From contig JAXLNO010000438.1 in the NCBI GenBank assembly GCA_038087875.1, forward strand, positions 434,001 through 498,000: a DNA stretch of 64,000 nt, read 5' to 3'. The translations under genes and the position numbers were made by a program. Under the pieces are notes generated by a model. It had not been told where the DNA came from, did not search any database, and was given only the letters and a program-made list of their open reading frames with translations. Positions 1-12,364 of this stretch are shown one piece after another; the first letter of the stretch is position 1, and every line of letters starts with the position of its first letter. This DNA is from Malacoraja senta (taxonomy: Eukaryota).

Positions 1-784
1 CTATTATGTCTACTCAATGAAATTACTATAATGAGACCCTGTTTTTTCCAAGCCAAATGGGTACAGAAAGTTTCAAAGATCTGTTTTCATAAATCTGTTC
101 TTCCCTCTGCACAGGCAAATATTCATTCCTCAACTGACAACATGCACAGAAAACACAATGTAGATCTTGAACAGAGTTTGAATTAAAATAGGTAATTGCT
201 CATTAAGACTCAATTCAAAGTCAAGATTTATATTCCATGTACTAATCTTTTATGTCATTTGAAAATGAGACTCATATTTGAAATGTTACTGAATATTATA
301 AAAGTGGCATGTGCGATCATGTATAAATGAGGTAACAGATGGAGCATTCAGGACCAAAAGATATTGATTGACTTGCAATGGCTCCAGAGAAAATCAGCTG
401 CTCAGAATCAAAATAATTTATGATAATGAACTCAAACAGGGTGGCATAATTCTCTAATGAATATAATTTACAATTCTGTTTGATTTATTTCAGATGATCT
501 GTCTCAAGCCATTTAATGTTTAAATAAAATGTGAAAAAGATTACTTGTTTTTCATGGAATTGTTCAAAATCCTAACTACCTTTTGTTTCAAAACTGCAAT
601 TGTTATCTAGCAAAGGCAGACAGATAAATAAAGCAATCCGCGAGCAATGAACTGAGGGCCAGTAAAGAGATGGCTTCAACATGAACTAACTAGTGCTTTC
701 AAGAACATGACGACTTCTGTTAAAGTTCATATAGTTTAACTGTTCACCATGGTCAATGTTACATCAAAAATATACAATCATAAG

Positions 785-952
785 TTCAGAGGTTCATAAG
801 TTCTAGGAGCAGAATAAGGCCATTTGGCCCATCAAGTCTGCTATGCCATTCGATCATGGCTGATCTAGCTTTCCCTCTCAACCCCATTCCCCTGCCTTCA
901 CCCCATAGCCCCTGACACACTTACCAATCAAAATTCTGTTAATCTCCGCCTT
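785..952 (-). mobile_element. CR1/HER1-type LINE 3' fragment
   Basis: cataagttctaggagcagaataaggccatt...gatcatggctgatc tail, homologous to other CR1 tails in the window. Confidence 0.75.
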
Positions 953-1284
953 AAGGAGAAGGAAGAACTTTTATATAAAACATTTTTATTTAAATATGTT
1001 ATTAAGGATGGCCACTGAAAAAAAGATGCATAAATTATTTCAAAATCACCTCAAGAGGCAACTGAGTATTTTTCTGTGGATAGAATATAAAACAGGGACA
1101 TTCAGTGGTTTTGAAACTACCTGTGATCTTTTTTGACTCAATGTTTTTTTCTTGCTCTTAGAATCTTTGGGTGAAACAGAAAAGTTGAACAGGAGAGTGA
1201 AAAAAGGAACGTGGAAGAAACACAAAAATAATAGGAAAGTTTCAGAAAAATACAAATATTAGCAACAAGGGATTAGGACTAGTT

Positions 1285-1480
1285 CTGGGCAGCTTGGTGA
1301 CCCAACCTGTTACAGCTGCTGCCTCACAGCCATGGGTGTGGATTCATTCGTGATCTCTATTGCTGTCTGTGTGTAGTCTGTTCTCTCTATGAATGTATGG
1401 GTTTTCAAATGGGTGCTTTAATTTCTTACACATGGAAAAAAACCATGCAAGCTGGCAGGTTAATAACCCATCCCCCACAG
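1285..1480 (+). mobile_element. Degenerate HE1/V-SINE
   Basis: gctgctgcctcacagc...tgctgtctgtgtg...gcaggttaat aligns by eye with the younger copy at 55829. Confidence 0.6.
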
Positions 1481-1504
1481 CTGAAAGCAAAACATAAAGT
1501 GGTG

Positions 1505-1985
1505 AATTGACTCAGCGATTCAGTAAGCATGTGCAGAGGGATACGCGATGCTTCGGGCTGGGACTCTTCTTCAAAATGATTGTAGTAGGGGAAGGGGGGT
1601 GGGGGAAGCAGGAAAAGAGAAGTGGGGAGGGAGAAAGCCTGGCAAGTGATAGGTGGACACAGGTGAGGGGGGGTCACATTGGCACATGGGTGGAGTAAGT
1701 GACATGGGCTCAAGATGAAAAAGAAAAACAGTCAGGAAAGGGAAGAATATAGGTGGAAGGGGATGGGAGGAGGGAAGAGGGGCAGGATAATGGGACAAAT
1801 AGGTGAAGACCTGGATGGATGGGTAATGGGGAAGAGAGAGCAGGAAGGGGAGTATTACTTAAAATTCAATGCTCGTACCGCTGTGCGATGTGCGGAAAAT
1901 GCTGGAGTAACTCAGCATCAACTGGCTCGCAGATTTACTCCAGCATTTTGTTTCTATGTTTGGTATAAACCAGAATCTTGCTATT
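1505..1985 (-). mobile_element. Penelope-like element 3' region / pLTR remnant with inverted piece
   Basis: Degenerate core at ~1545-1573, purine-rich tract like 50070-50280, and inverted aaaatgctggagtaa...ttactccagcatttt at 1896-1950. Confidence 0.6.
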
Positions 1986-2891
1986 TATTAAATAATAATA
2001 GGCAGTTCCACTGTTTGGCAACATTGCAACAAAGGACATGAGTCTAAAATAATTATGAAGAGGTCAGATAGGAAATTGGAAATAAAAAGATCTGTACAGA
2101 ACATGCTTAAAATACCCATCGTAAGATGTGTTGAAGTTAAGACGTTTTCATTTTTTCAAGCAGAATCAAGTTATAGCCTTAAAAGAAAGCCTACTAAAAA
2201 CTATTGGAAATGGGACCAAGTTAGGTGACTCACACACTTAACTGGACAAAAAGCCTGTCATAATAGTCAATGATAAAACATCTGTGATTCAAAGAGCCTA
2301 GCAATTCAATAAAGCGTTGAGTCCATTACTTCAGGCTTCGTGAATTTTGCTGCCAAATTTCTCCAAAGCTATGATAGTGAAAGTCAAAGGCACCACTGAA
2401 GAACAAACTTAAATATATATATAAAATACACATATATTTAAATATCTTTGATGTATGATACGAATGTTCCCATATAAAAACAATTTGTTTGTAGATAGAA
2501 ATCCCTGCACAGATTACAATAAGTGATTGTGAAAATAATTTAATCCTTAAATAATTTTACATGATTCCCTCCAATATCTCTCGAAGAGAAGTATTTCAAT
2601 GTACTATACACGTGAACATCTCCTTGGTCAGGAGGCACAACAATGAACTTTTACAATGGGTAATTTAACATCTATCAGCTAATGGCAGGAATCTTGGCCA
2701 ACTTTTCTGCACAATCCCTAAGGCTCCTCCAGCCCACGTAGTTGGGAATAACATGCGGTAAACTTTATCGATGAGCATTCCACTGAGGAACACATTTTAA
2801 AAGCATTTCAACCAAGGAAATACTTCCATGTGTTTTGTTCGTTATCTTCTAACCAAAAGCAGGACAAATCGACAAGTAGGTGCACACTTAC

Positions 2892-3599
2892 CCAGTATCC
2901 TCAGCTGATTGACCACTCCATGTAAGCTGAAGAATACCCAGAGTGACTGTGTGGTGTCCACATAGACCAGCATCCCTATGTTTATTCCATTAACACGATG
3001 ATGCAGCTCTCCATTTGGCAGAATAGTAAAACTGAAAATATCACTGCTGTTGGGCACTGAGAAACCTCTGCACACTACCCAATATTCCTTACGGTCAAGT
3101 AGGAAATCTGGATCCGCTGGGAGCTCATTTGTTCGCAGCGTGCTGGGGTCGCAAGACGTTACGCCAAAGAGAAGGGCGCCATAATATGGTAACCCTAACT
3201 GCCCCACCTCCACATACAGGGTTTCCCCAATATGCAAAGGGCGATCCGAGAACACCAGGGTCCTAGTGCTCTCCTGCCAGTTCGTACACACTCCCATCCT
3301 ATCCTGAGAAAGGGTAACATCAGGCCCTCGTATGTAGTGAAAGTGAAGGTCGGTGTCGAGAAAAGATGGCAGGCCTCGCGATCTAAGCCGTCTGTTGGTA
3401 CAACAAGGTAAATTGTGATTGTCTGGCGCAAGGCTGGGAACTTCGCTTAGATTTAGGTTTGTTATTTTTGCCACCACAACACTGTTCTCCAGTTCGTTAT
3501 TATTGAAGTTGGCGTTGTCATGACTAGTCTGAGGAAGGCAACTGTTGAGCCGTGCTGTGCTGAGTCGTGCTGAAGTGATGGTTTCTGCAAACATACTCT
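2892..3599 (-). CDS. neurl1b: neurl1b coding exon 3 (708 nt), linker plus second NHR domain
   Basis: Acceptor ttctcttgttgcag| at 3600 and donor G|gtaagt at 2891. Reads (E)SMFAETIT...NFNNNELENSVVVAK...LHFHYIRGPDV...RTLVFSDRPL...FGVTSCDP...NELPADPDFLLDRKEYWVV...QLRIL(G), matching NEURL1B as recalled. Phase 1-1. Confidence 0.96.
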
Positions 3600-4159
3600 C
3601 TGCAACAAGAGAAATAAAATCATTGACGTTACATCTTTAAACAGCAAAAACTTAGGATTCCGTGGACAGGTACAATACTCAGCATTGTACATTTTGATTT
3701 TGCCCAAATGCCATTCACTTTAATCAAAACACCCACACCTTTTAACTCTGACAATCTATATTACTAAAAGTCTGATCTTGACCACTTCCTGTTGTTCTGC
3801 ATATTGATTTTAGAAAAAACACTGTCACTTACGGCTGTGATTTTTGGCCATCATACTCAGAGTCCCCCTCCGCTGCGCAGGACAAGAGGATTTTTCCCAT
3901 CAATGAAAAATAAAAGAATTATTAGTGTTTAAAAAATGTTGAGATTCTCTCTCTCCTGAAGGCCACGCCCCTTCTGGAGGGACTATAAAACCTGGAAGTG
4001 TTGAGTGCCTCAGTCAGTCTCTGCAAGATGTGGTAGCGAGAGGGTCACATCTCTCAGTCTGAGCTGTGAATAAACACTGAACACATGTCTACTAAAATGT
4101 GAGTAGACATGTGTTCAGTGTTTCACCTGTCAGTGCCATTAATGTGGTTTGAAATTATA

Positions 4160-4376
4160 GTTTGGAAATGCTAAAGCTGTGTTGTCTTTGGTTTGGAAAT
4201 GCTAAAGCTGTGTTGCCTTTGGTTTGGAAATGCTAAAGCTGTGTTGCCTTTGGTTTGGAAATGTTACAGCGGTGTTGCCTAATTGAAGTTGCCTTGCCTA
4301 ATTAAAGTTGCCTTGCCTAATTAAAGTTGCCTTCCCTAATTAAAGTTGCCTTGCCCAATTAAAGTTGCCTTGCCTT
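4160..4376. repeat. Minisatellites inside Helitron (~31-bp unit x~3.5, then 19-bp unit x~5)
   Basis: gtttggaaatgctaaagctgtgttgcctttg repeats followed by gttgccttgcctaattaaa repeats. Confidence 0.9.
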
Positions 4377-4685
4377 CTATATAATTAAAAGTCTAATCTT
4401 GACCACTTCCTGTTTGCGCTTTATATTGATTTTAGAAAAGAACGCTACCACATAAGGCTATGATTTTTGGCCATCTTACTCGGAGCCCCCCCCCTGCTCA
4501 TCAGGTGCCATCGATGAAAAATAAAAGAGTTATTAGTGTTTAAAAACTGTTGAGATTCTCTCTCCTGTCAATCACGCCATGAAGGGCACGCCTCTTCTGG
4601 TGGGAGGGACTATAAAACCCAGAAGAGTGGGCATGGCTCAGTCTCTGCAAGATGGAGGAGGGAGAGGTCACGACTCGCTGTCTTT

Positions 4686-4810
4686 AGTGGCCTTGCACCC
4701 TGTTTGAAATGGTATGAAACTGCACTTGAATTTGGTGGCCTTGCACCCTGCTTGAAGTGATAAAAAACTGCACTTGAATTTGGTGGCCTTGCACCCTGCT
4801 TGAAATGGAA
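4686..4810. repeat. ~48-bp minisatellite x~2.5 inside Helitron
   Basis: gtggccttgcaccctg(c/t)ttgaa...aaactgcacttgaatttg repeated. Confidence 0.85.
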
Positions 4811-5134
4811 TTTCAAGGAATAACCGTGAGTCAACTGCCAGCCCACCAGCCGTGTGTGAGTGAGCTGCCATCACAACAGGCTTGAGTGACTGAGCCGCCA
4901 GCCCAAGAATCCATTCGGCCCACATTGTCCATACTAGCGCTCCAGAAAGCCCCCCCCCCCCACTGGCCACCAATATTGGAATTGGTGGAGAGGTGGAATA
5001 TTGCGTTGGGGGACCAGCCCTCCCGTGTGATGCTAGGACCCAATGGGTCCCACTTAGTCTAGTATCTACTATAATTTGTCCTGTCTGATTGTTTCTGTCT
5101 AATTAGTTTCTTGCTTACCCTTTTCACAGAACAT

Positions 5135-5430
5135 TCAAAGAGTCACAGAGCCATCAAGTGATACAGTGTGGAAACAGGCCCTTCAGCCCTACTTGCCCAC
5201 ACCAGCCAACATGTCCCAGCTACAGTGGTCAAACATGCTGCATTTGATCCATATCCCTCCAAACTTGTCCTATCCATGTACCTGTCTAACTGCTTCTTAA
5301 GCATTGGGATAGTCCCTGCCTCAACTACCTCTTCTGGCAGCTTGTTCCATACACTCATCACCCTTTGTGTGAAAAAGTTACCCCTTAGATTCCTATTAAA
5401 CCTTTTCCCCTTCACATTAAACCTATGTCC
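5135..5430 (-). mobile_element. CR1/HER1 LINE 3' fragment
   Basis: Translates GKRFNRNLRGNFFTQRVMSVWNKLPEEVVEAG (CR1 ORF2 C-terminus). Confidence 0.9.
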
Positions 5431-6204
5431 ACAAATGTTCGTTAGTCAATGATTAATACCATACTGTTTTCACCTCAGAATCGCTACAGGTATCTACAGG
5501 CTGTGAATGAGACTATTTTTGATGGCATATTCGCAAATTACCATTTACGTTTGTTTTAAAAATCAGTGGACTCATCAAGAAAAAATTGGGGTTTACACAA
5601 ATTTGCAGAACTATCAAACACTGAATGTTGCCCTGAAGGCATTTAGTAAGCTCATATTGTATGCTGAGAGAAGAGTGTTGGGAAAACAAGCTCTCTGTTC
5701 AGAAAGGCAAATATTATGTAAAGAACCTTTAAGTCACCCTGACAAGTACTCAAAATTCAAAAACACATTCCTGCACTACAGCAGAATGCAATTTCCAAAG
5801 CCTTCCCATGGCTACTCACAATAATGGTTAGTGTGGCAGTTAAGAGCAATTTTATATTGTATAGGTTTGCATTGCCCTTTGCCATTGAGGTTTGGATTTT
5901 CAACAGAGAAGTTCATTCATTACAAGATCCTAAATAACGTTTACAGGGGAGAATCGATCAACTAAGCATGAAGCAGAGAACTAAAAGGATATAAATGGGT
6001 GTTCCACACAGAAAACCAGAATGTGTAACAGATGATTGAATACAGATTGGACTGCAATGAGTCATAATACTTGGAAGATCCTTGGTGTTGTGAGGATTGG
6101 GTTGGAAGGGTTTAATTTGTTTCTCCTGGGTCCTTATGGAGTGTGGGAAGCCCTTGAATAAATCCTTGAAAATCAACTAGGCAAAATGCAAATAAGTGAA
6201 CATC

Positions 6205-6372
6205 GAAAAACGCAAATGCTGGAAATCTAAAATAAAAACGGAAAATGCAAGAAATACTCAGCAGCTCAAGTCACATCAGTAGGAAGAAAAACAGAGCTAA
6301 CATGTCACCTTTTCCCTCCCACAGAGCAGCTTGACCTGCTAAGTTTTTGCAGCCTTTTCTGTTTTTATTTTG
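6205..6372. mobile_element. Old fold-back Penelope pLTR-derived element
   Basis: aaaataaaaacggaaaatgc...actcagcag followed by inverted ctgctaagt...gccttttctgtttttatttt. Confidence 0.6.
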
Positions 6373-7796
6373 AAATAGAGCTGCACTCCAGAAGTTCACC
6401 AAGTTCACCAAAAAAGTGGCATTTAATCTATTTACTTTTTACAGAGGCTCAGCTAGCCAATCATCCAGCATTCTGTATACACGTGTAAACAAAACATTCC
6501 TGCTGCAATCTCAATTATTAGGATATTTTTGTTTTAATTAGTGCTGCAACCCTAACTATTGAGATCCTTTAAAGACTGTTACTAGTAGTTATGGAAAAGA
6601 CAATAAGACCGAAGAATGAATCACAAGGACTGGGAGGAAATCGTTATTAGTTCGACAGTGAGCATGATTTCAACGCATGTCTGCTATAAAATCATTATTT
6701 TTAGAGCTCCTTTCACATCTGTATGTGGTACAAATGGCAAGCTCAGTACCAGCAAACGTACATAATATGTTACATCTTGCAAGTTGATGAATGTTGTGGT
6801 TTCAAATGACTACCTTTCATGAAAGCATCCGCCTAATTGAACCAAAATGGGGTAGCTGTCTGAGTACATCAATAACGTGCCATGGGCAAGCTCTTAATCA
6901 CTTTCCTTCACTCGCTTATCCACTGAATGTCTTGTAATGAAACTCTATTTATGTTTAAGGCTCTTCACGCAGGAACAAACACTGTCTCTCATCTTTGAAG
7001 TTAACAAGAAGTATTACACTCTATAGTTTATGGATATTAGCACTGGTTTTCTGAAATTGATTTGTTTGTCACCGTTAAACATAATACTTGGTTAGCTTTC
7101 AATTGCTATTGGTTGTTTTTCGTAAACGAGGGATGATCACCATGCACGTATCCAGTTACTAATGGAAATTTGCTTCCTTTAAAACAACGGTCACAAAAGA
7201 TACAGCTAATTATCATTTTAATTTGTCCCCAAGGAGACTTCATGCTGATGTCCGGACATGGTAACGTATTGGGAATGATGTGCTATTTTGGTTCCAGATG
7301 TTTCCTCTGCATCATGAGGTTGGAAAAGGGAGTATTTTTGCAACTGCAAATCATTTTTTTCCCTTGTTTTGAACAGTCCAAGATATTCACCAGCCATCTG
7401 GAATCAAATGGATTATTTTTTTTGCATTAAATAAACAATCACATCTACCTCTGATGACATTTTATTTAAGGATTAAATAGCAGTAAGTTAAAGCACAGAG
7501 CCATATATCATTATGATGGTGGATTATTTCAAATAAAAAAATACCAACTTGCAATCAACCTCACCTTTTGTTTTTGTAATATGCTGGAAAGAATTATTAA
7601 GTTTTTTAAACCACATGTCTCCTGTATCTGAGCTTGCATATTTCAGCTTATGGTCTGCTTTCTCACATGACAATGGATAGTGAATGGAACTAATGTACTA
7701 CAATGCTGAGAACTATATTCTACACCTTTTGCTCTATCTATTGAACTTGAGTTTGCCTTGATTGTATTTATCCATAGTGTTATCTGGTCTGATTGT

Positions 7797-7950
7797 ATAG
7801 AGTCATAGAGTGATACAGTGTGGAAATAGGCCCTTCGGCCTAACTTGCCCACACTGGCCAACATGTCCCAGCTCACTAGTCCCACCTGTCCACGGTTGGT
7901 CCATAACCCAACAAACCTGTCCGATCCATGTATGGCATACAAAATGCTTT
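7797..7950 (-). mobile_element. CR1/HER1 LINE 3' tail
   Basis: atagagtcatagagtgatacagtgtggaaataggcccttcggcc, same tail as 5140 and 44090. Confidence 0.8.
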
Positions 7951-8592
7951 TTACTGTACCTTCCTAATGACAATGATAAACCTAAAATCTAGGAATGCCA
8001 AGTGGTTCTAAAGGAAAACAAGACCCAGACTAGAGCTTCGGAATCCAATAATTATTGGGTCTAAATCTACTGCTGCTGAGGCTGTATATCACGTCAAGAA
8101 AGCAATCATTAAAGCACAAAGCTAATGGCATATGTATTTTTAAATTCATATGTTTTGTTCTATTTTTTCCAATTAGTTTTCTATAAATAACCACTCATTC
8201 AGTCATATCCTCCAATCATTCGAGGAATCCCATGCATCAAACATGAATTTACCTATATTTCAATTGATTTGCTCTTGCATAGATGCATTATCTGCACTAA
8301 TTTTGAAGGAATGTTGTGAGCTCAGATGCACTTTGAACTGCTTTCTCATTTATCTAGCAGGAGGATTTAATGACTGTGCCTAGCATCCCTGTGGCAAATA
8401 ATGTTGCCTGACAATTGAAAATTGTCTCTATGTGTAATGTACATAATCTGGACTTTTAAAAATAGAATATATTAAAGGAAAAAAACTGCCCTTCTCAATA
8501 AATCCCAAACTTTACTCAGTATTTACAGCGTAAAAGGGTTTAAATAATAGGCAATTTAAACTTGTTGGAGAATAGTTACTTTACTATTTGCA

Positions 8593-8895
8593 TTTAGTTT
8601 AGTTTAGTTTAGAGATACATTGCGGAAACAGGCCTTTCGGTCTGCCGAATCCATGCAGACCAGCGATCCCCGCATACTAGCACTATCCTCCACAAACTAG
8701 GGATAATTTACAATTTTTTTACCAACAAATCTGTACATCTGAAATCTGAAACCGGAACACCTGGAGAAAACCCACGCAGGTCATGGAGAGAACGTACAAA
8801 CTCCATACAGACAGCACTCATAGTCAGGATCGAACCGCGGTCACTGATGCTGGCGCTGTATGGCAGTAACTCTATCGCTGCACCACCATGCTGCC
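8593..8895 (-). mobile_element. HE1-type (V-SINE) tRNA-derived SINE
   Basis: (TTTAG)n tail, CR1-like 3' end, B box ggttcgatcc on the minus strand; about 65 bp from the exon 2 donor. Confidence 0.85.
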
Positions 8896-8959
8896 ATATT
8901 CTACTAGGTATCATCTCCTGGTTCTAATTTGATATTAGTTTTTATTGTTGGATACTCAC

Positions 8960-9520
8960 CAAGCATTTGGACTTCTTGTGTAATTCCATAGATGTCGATC
9001 AGCGCCCAGAGTGGTCCTGAAACATTAATGCCACACTGGAAAAGAACAGGCTCTTCATCATTCACAGTATAAAACACTCGTCCGTGTCTGTCCACCCAGA
9101 AGGCAAGGACATTGTCTTTCAGAGCAAACCTTTCCGGTAACGCCTTGGCCCAATAACCAGGCCTGGTTACCAAGTCAGGACATGCATACTTTGGGATGTC
9201 TGCGGAGCTCATCAGAGAGGGATCATGACATGTAAAACCAAACCGCAAAGCACCGCTCCATCCATGAAGGACCACGGATAATCGTAACCTCACTTTCTCA
9301 TAAAGGTGGACTGGTCGGTGGCTGAAGGTTACACCATTGCAGAAACTGTTCTTCCGGGACGCTTTTCTGAAATGCGAGTCCAGACGAACATTTTTTCCTT
9401 TGGCCTGTGAGTGAAACCTTGGAGGCTCGGTAATGTTTGTATGTGCTCTCCGTTCATGACTGCTAGGTGGAAGTGTGTAATACTGCCGAGCAGATCCCGA
9501 GCGGGCATGGTGCGATGCAT
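8960..9520 (-). CDS. neurl1b: neurl1b coding exon 2 (561 nt), first Neuralized homology repeat (NHR1)
   Basis: Acceptor tttcacag| at 9521 and donor G|gtgagt at 8959. Open frame (D)ASHHARSG...PRFHSQAKGKNVRLD...NSFCNGVTFSHRPVHLYEKVRLRL...WSGALRFGFTCHDPSLMSSADIPKYACPDLVTRPGYWAKALPE...GPLWALIDIYGITQEVQML. Length is divisible by 3, phase 1-1. Confidence 0.96.
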
Positions 9521-9714
9521 CTGTGAAATATAATAATAATTGGCATTATAAAGGGTGGCTGACCTTACATCAATATAATTAACTACATTATTTCAAGCAG
9601 GAATACTGATATCCAGTAATAACTAATGACAAACTAACTAATAACAGACTATTATTATTATAGCACTATAATTGTTTATTTATTGAGTAGGTGTGAATGT
9701 GTATATATACACAC

Positions 9715-9830
9715 TGAACTTTTTTTTTCTCCTGTTATGTACTATGTTTACATATTCTGTTGTGCTGCAGCAAGTAAGAATTTCATTGTCCTATCTGGGA
9801 CATATGACAATAAAACACTCTTGACTCTTC
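9715..9830 (+). mobile_element. Rex1/Babar LINE 3' tail
   Basis: ttctgttgtgctgcagcaagtaagaatttcattgtcctatctgggacatatgacaataaaacactcttgact matches the reverse complement of the tail of the LINE at 60354. Confidence 0.8.
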
Positions 9831-10359
9831 CAGAAAATGTATTATTATAACTGATTTAACTGATATAAGTGAAGGTATTTGATACTAGTTTGATTATTGT
9901 CAATGGAAATCGGGTTGGTTTGTAGGGTTGGTTCCTTATTCTTCGTTAATTTTTCATATGCAATCTCAGTCTCATTATACTTGCACAGATCTTCCTCCAG
10001 AAATGGTATAAAATAATCCATGTCAATGAAGCCTCAGCAGTGTGCCACAGCCTCCCTGTAAGAAATGTGACCAAGCCTAAAGACCATGGCACTGTATTTC
10101 TTTATTAAAAACATGAACTCTTTGTTGGTAATCCTACTTGATGAATTTTGCCAACAGAGGCAGTGAGCTTCTAAGAAATCCGCTAATCTAGGTATTCACA
10201 CTCAGCGCCCTTAATTTAACAATCAAAGTCATTGGATAGAACTAGGAATAACCATGTCTTCAATCAAATTTCTCACAGTTTGCTTTTGTTTCAGATTTAA
10301 CAGACTTCTCCATCTGTTGTGGACAGGGTAACAAGATAAACAAATCAAACGTACACTTA

Positions 10360-10720
10360 GGGCACAAAGTGCTGGAGTAACTCAGCAGGTCAAGCAATAT
10401 CTCTGAAAAACATGGATAGGTGATGTTTCGAGTCAGGACCCTTCTTCAAACTGCTTCATATTCATAAGATCATAAGTTCATAAGTTCTAGAAACAGAATT
10501 AGGTCATTCGGCCCATCAAATCTACTCCATCATTTAATCATGTCTCATCTATCTTTCCCTCTCAACCCCATGCTCCTGCCTTCACCCCATAACGTATTCA
10601 TTTTGACCCAAACGTCATCTATCTATGATATTGAGAGATGCTGCTTGGCCTGCAGAGTTCCTTCAGCTCTTTGTGTCCTTTTGTGTATCAACCAGCATCT
10701 GCAGTTCCTTGTTTCTGCAA
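10360..10720. mobile_element. Fold-back Penelope pLTR pair interrupted by a CR1 tail (~10456-10590)
   Basis: Minus arm 10360-10453 and plus arm ~10600-10720 flank cataagatcataagttcataag..., a CR1 3' end. Confidence 0.75.
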
Positions 10721-10954
10721 GCTTACACTTAGAATTGCCAAGCCTCATTGGTTGCTTGAAGAGTTAACTGCATAGTCATTGGACCTGCCTGATCTGGACT
10801 TGGCCTGCAAGTGTTTACCCCTTGCTTAATCTCAGGGCTGCCAACATTGGGCGAGAGTTGAGAGTGAGAAATTGTGAGGGAGTGCAGCGACCAAGCCCAA
10901 GGGAGCGTAGCGACTGAGGGGGGAAGGGTGTGCGAGGGAGGGTGGTGGAGTCCG

Positions 10955-11910
10955 GAGTCCGGAGGTGGCGGCGCTGCCCTAGCAGCTGCGGCTCGCCTGC
11001 AGTCCATTTGTTTTTTTCTTTTTTTGTTTTCTTTTTGTCCCGTTGTTACAGTTTATTTTGGTTTATTTTAGTTGTGTATGTGTGTGTGTGGGGGGGGGGG
11101 GGGGGGTTGGGAGAAACTTGTTCTAGTCTTTTCCTTCAGGGGGATGCGACCTTTTCTTGTCGTATCCCCCGTCTCCGTCTCCGTCTGCGCTGAGGCCTAA
11201 TCGCGGAGCTGGCGGCCTCCAACTGGGACAGACCTCGAGGCTCCGGAGGCAAAGCCAGCCAGGGCTTACCAACGCAAGGCTGGCCGATTTCGGGGCTGTG
11301 GTGGCATTGCGGCGGCGACGACCCGACTCCGGGGCTGTGGTGGCGACGGCGACCCGACTTCGGGGATGTGGCGGCTTTGCGGCGGCGGCGCCGACCCGAT
11401 TTCGGAGCCCCGGAGGCGGAGGCTCGGCCGCGGGCCCAATGGACTCGGCCGCGGTACCAGTGGAGGACATCGTCGGGAGCTCGCAGGTCCCAGGTTGGTG
11501 ACCTGTTTTTCCGGAGCTCCCGTATCAATAGCTTCGTCCGCTGGACTGGAGGGTGGCAGCTTTGGCAGCTTCAACCGCCCCGGGCCGCGGAGTTTGAACC
11601 GGCCCGTTCGCGGAGCTCGGATTCAGCCGCGGGACTTACTTACCATCACCCGGCGGGGTCACAACATCGGAAGCCTGGATCGCCTCAACGCAGAGGGAGA
11701 ACAAGGAGGGAAGAGACAAGGACTTCAAGACTTTTGCCTTCCATCACAGTGAGGAGGGCCTGGTGGACTCACTGTGGTGGATGTTAAATCTGTGTTTATT
11801 GTGTGTTTTGTTATTTTATTCTATGTTATGACTGCAAGGCACGAAATTTCGTTCAGACTGAAAAGTCTGAATGACAATAAAGGATACTTGAAACTTGATG
11901 ATACTTGAAA
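10955..11910 (+). mobile_element. GC/CpG-rich non-autonomous retroposon with Rex1/Babar-like tail
   Basis: CpG-rich body with internal repeats (tcggggctgtggtggc), ending gaaatttcgtt...tgacaataaa...(acttga)n like the Rex1 tails in this window. Confidence 0.65.
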
Positions 11911-12364
11911 CATGTCCTATTCTCATAATATTATTCACCTCAACAATGTCTTTTTTTCACCTCCGTTGCTGCAGAGAATACAATCCCAGTTATCAAATAT
12001 TTCTTCAAAGTGAAAAAAAAGATCCAGCCCTGCCAACATCTTCATAAATCGCCCTTGGATCCTCTCCAGAGCAATTGCGCCCTTTCTACAATGTGTACAA
12101 TTACAGCATGGAAACAGGCCCTTCATCCCATCTTGTCCATGCAGATCAAGATGCCCCATCTAGACTAGTCCCATTTATCCGCATTTGGCCCATATCCCTT
12201 TAAACCTTTCCTGTCCACATACCTGTCCAATAAATGCTGTCGTTTAAATGCTGTAATTTTACCTGCCTACTTCCCCTGGCAGCTCGTTCCACATACCCAC
12301 CATCCTCTGCGTGAAAATGTTGTCCCTCAGGTTCCTATTAAATCGTTCCTCTCTCACTTTAAAC

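Larger units (their letters stand above)
3755..5062 (+). mobile_element. Non-autonomous Helitron
   Basis: Inserted between A3754 and T5063 with no TSD. 5' end TCTATATTACTAAAA, 3' end CTAG (5059-5062), preceded by hairpin GGACCC-aat-GGGTCC (5036-5050). Contains internal minisatellites. Confidence 0.85.

Noticed and set aside
2842..2891. C-terminal extension KCAPTCRFVLLLVRR of the 250-aa ORF
   Set aside because: Read-through past a consensus donor (G|GTAAGT); intronic.
4160..4810. Regularly spaced repeats resembling a CRISPR array
   Set aside because: Head-to-tail minisatellites without unique spacers, inside a Helitron in vertebrate DNA; no cas genes.
9329..9520. 63-aa ORF starting at the first base of exon 2
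   Set aside because: Out of frame with the NHR domain; its AT completes the Asp codon split by intron 1.
10729..11787. Cluster of overlapping Arg/Pro/Ala-rich ORFs and apparent CpG island
   Set aside because: Stop-poor GC-rich retroposon inside a transposon; no recognisable protein.
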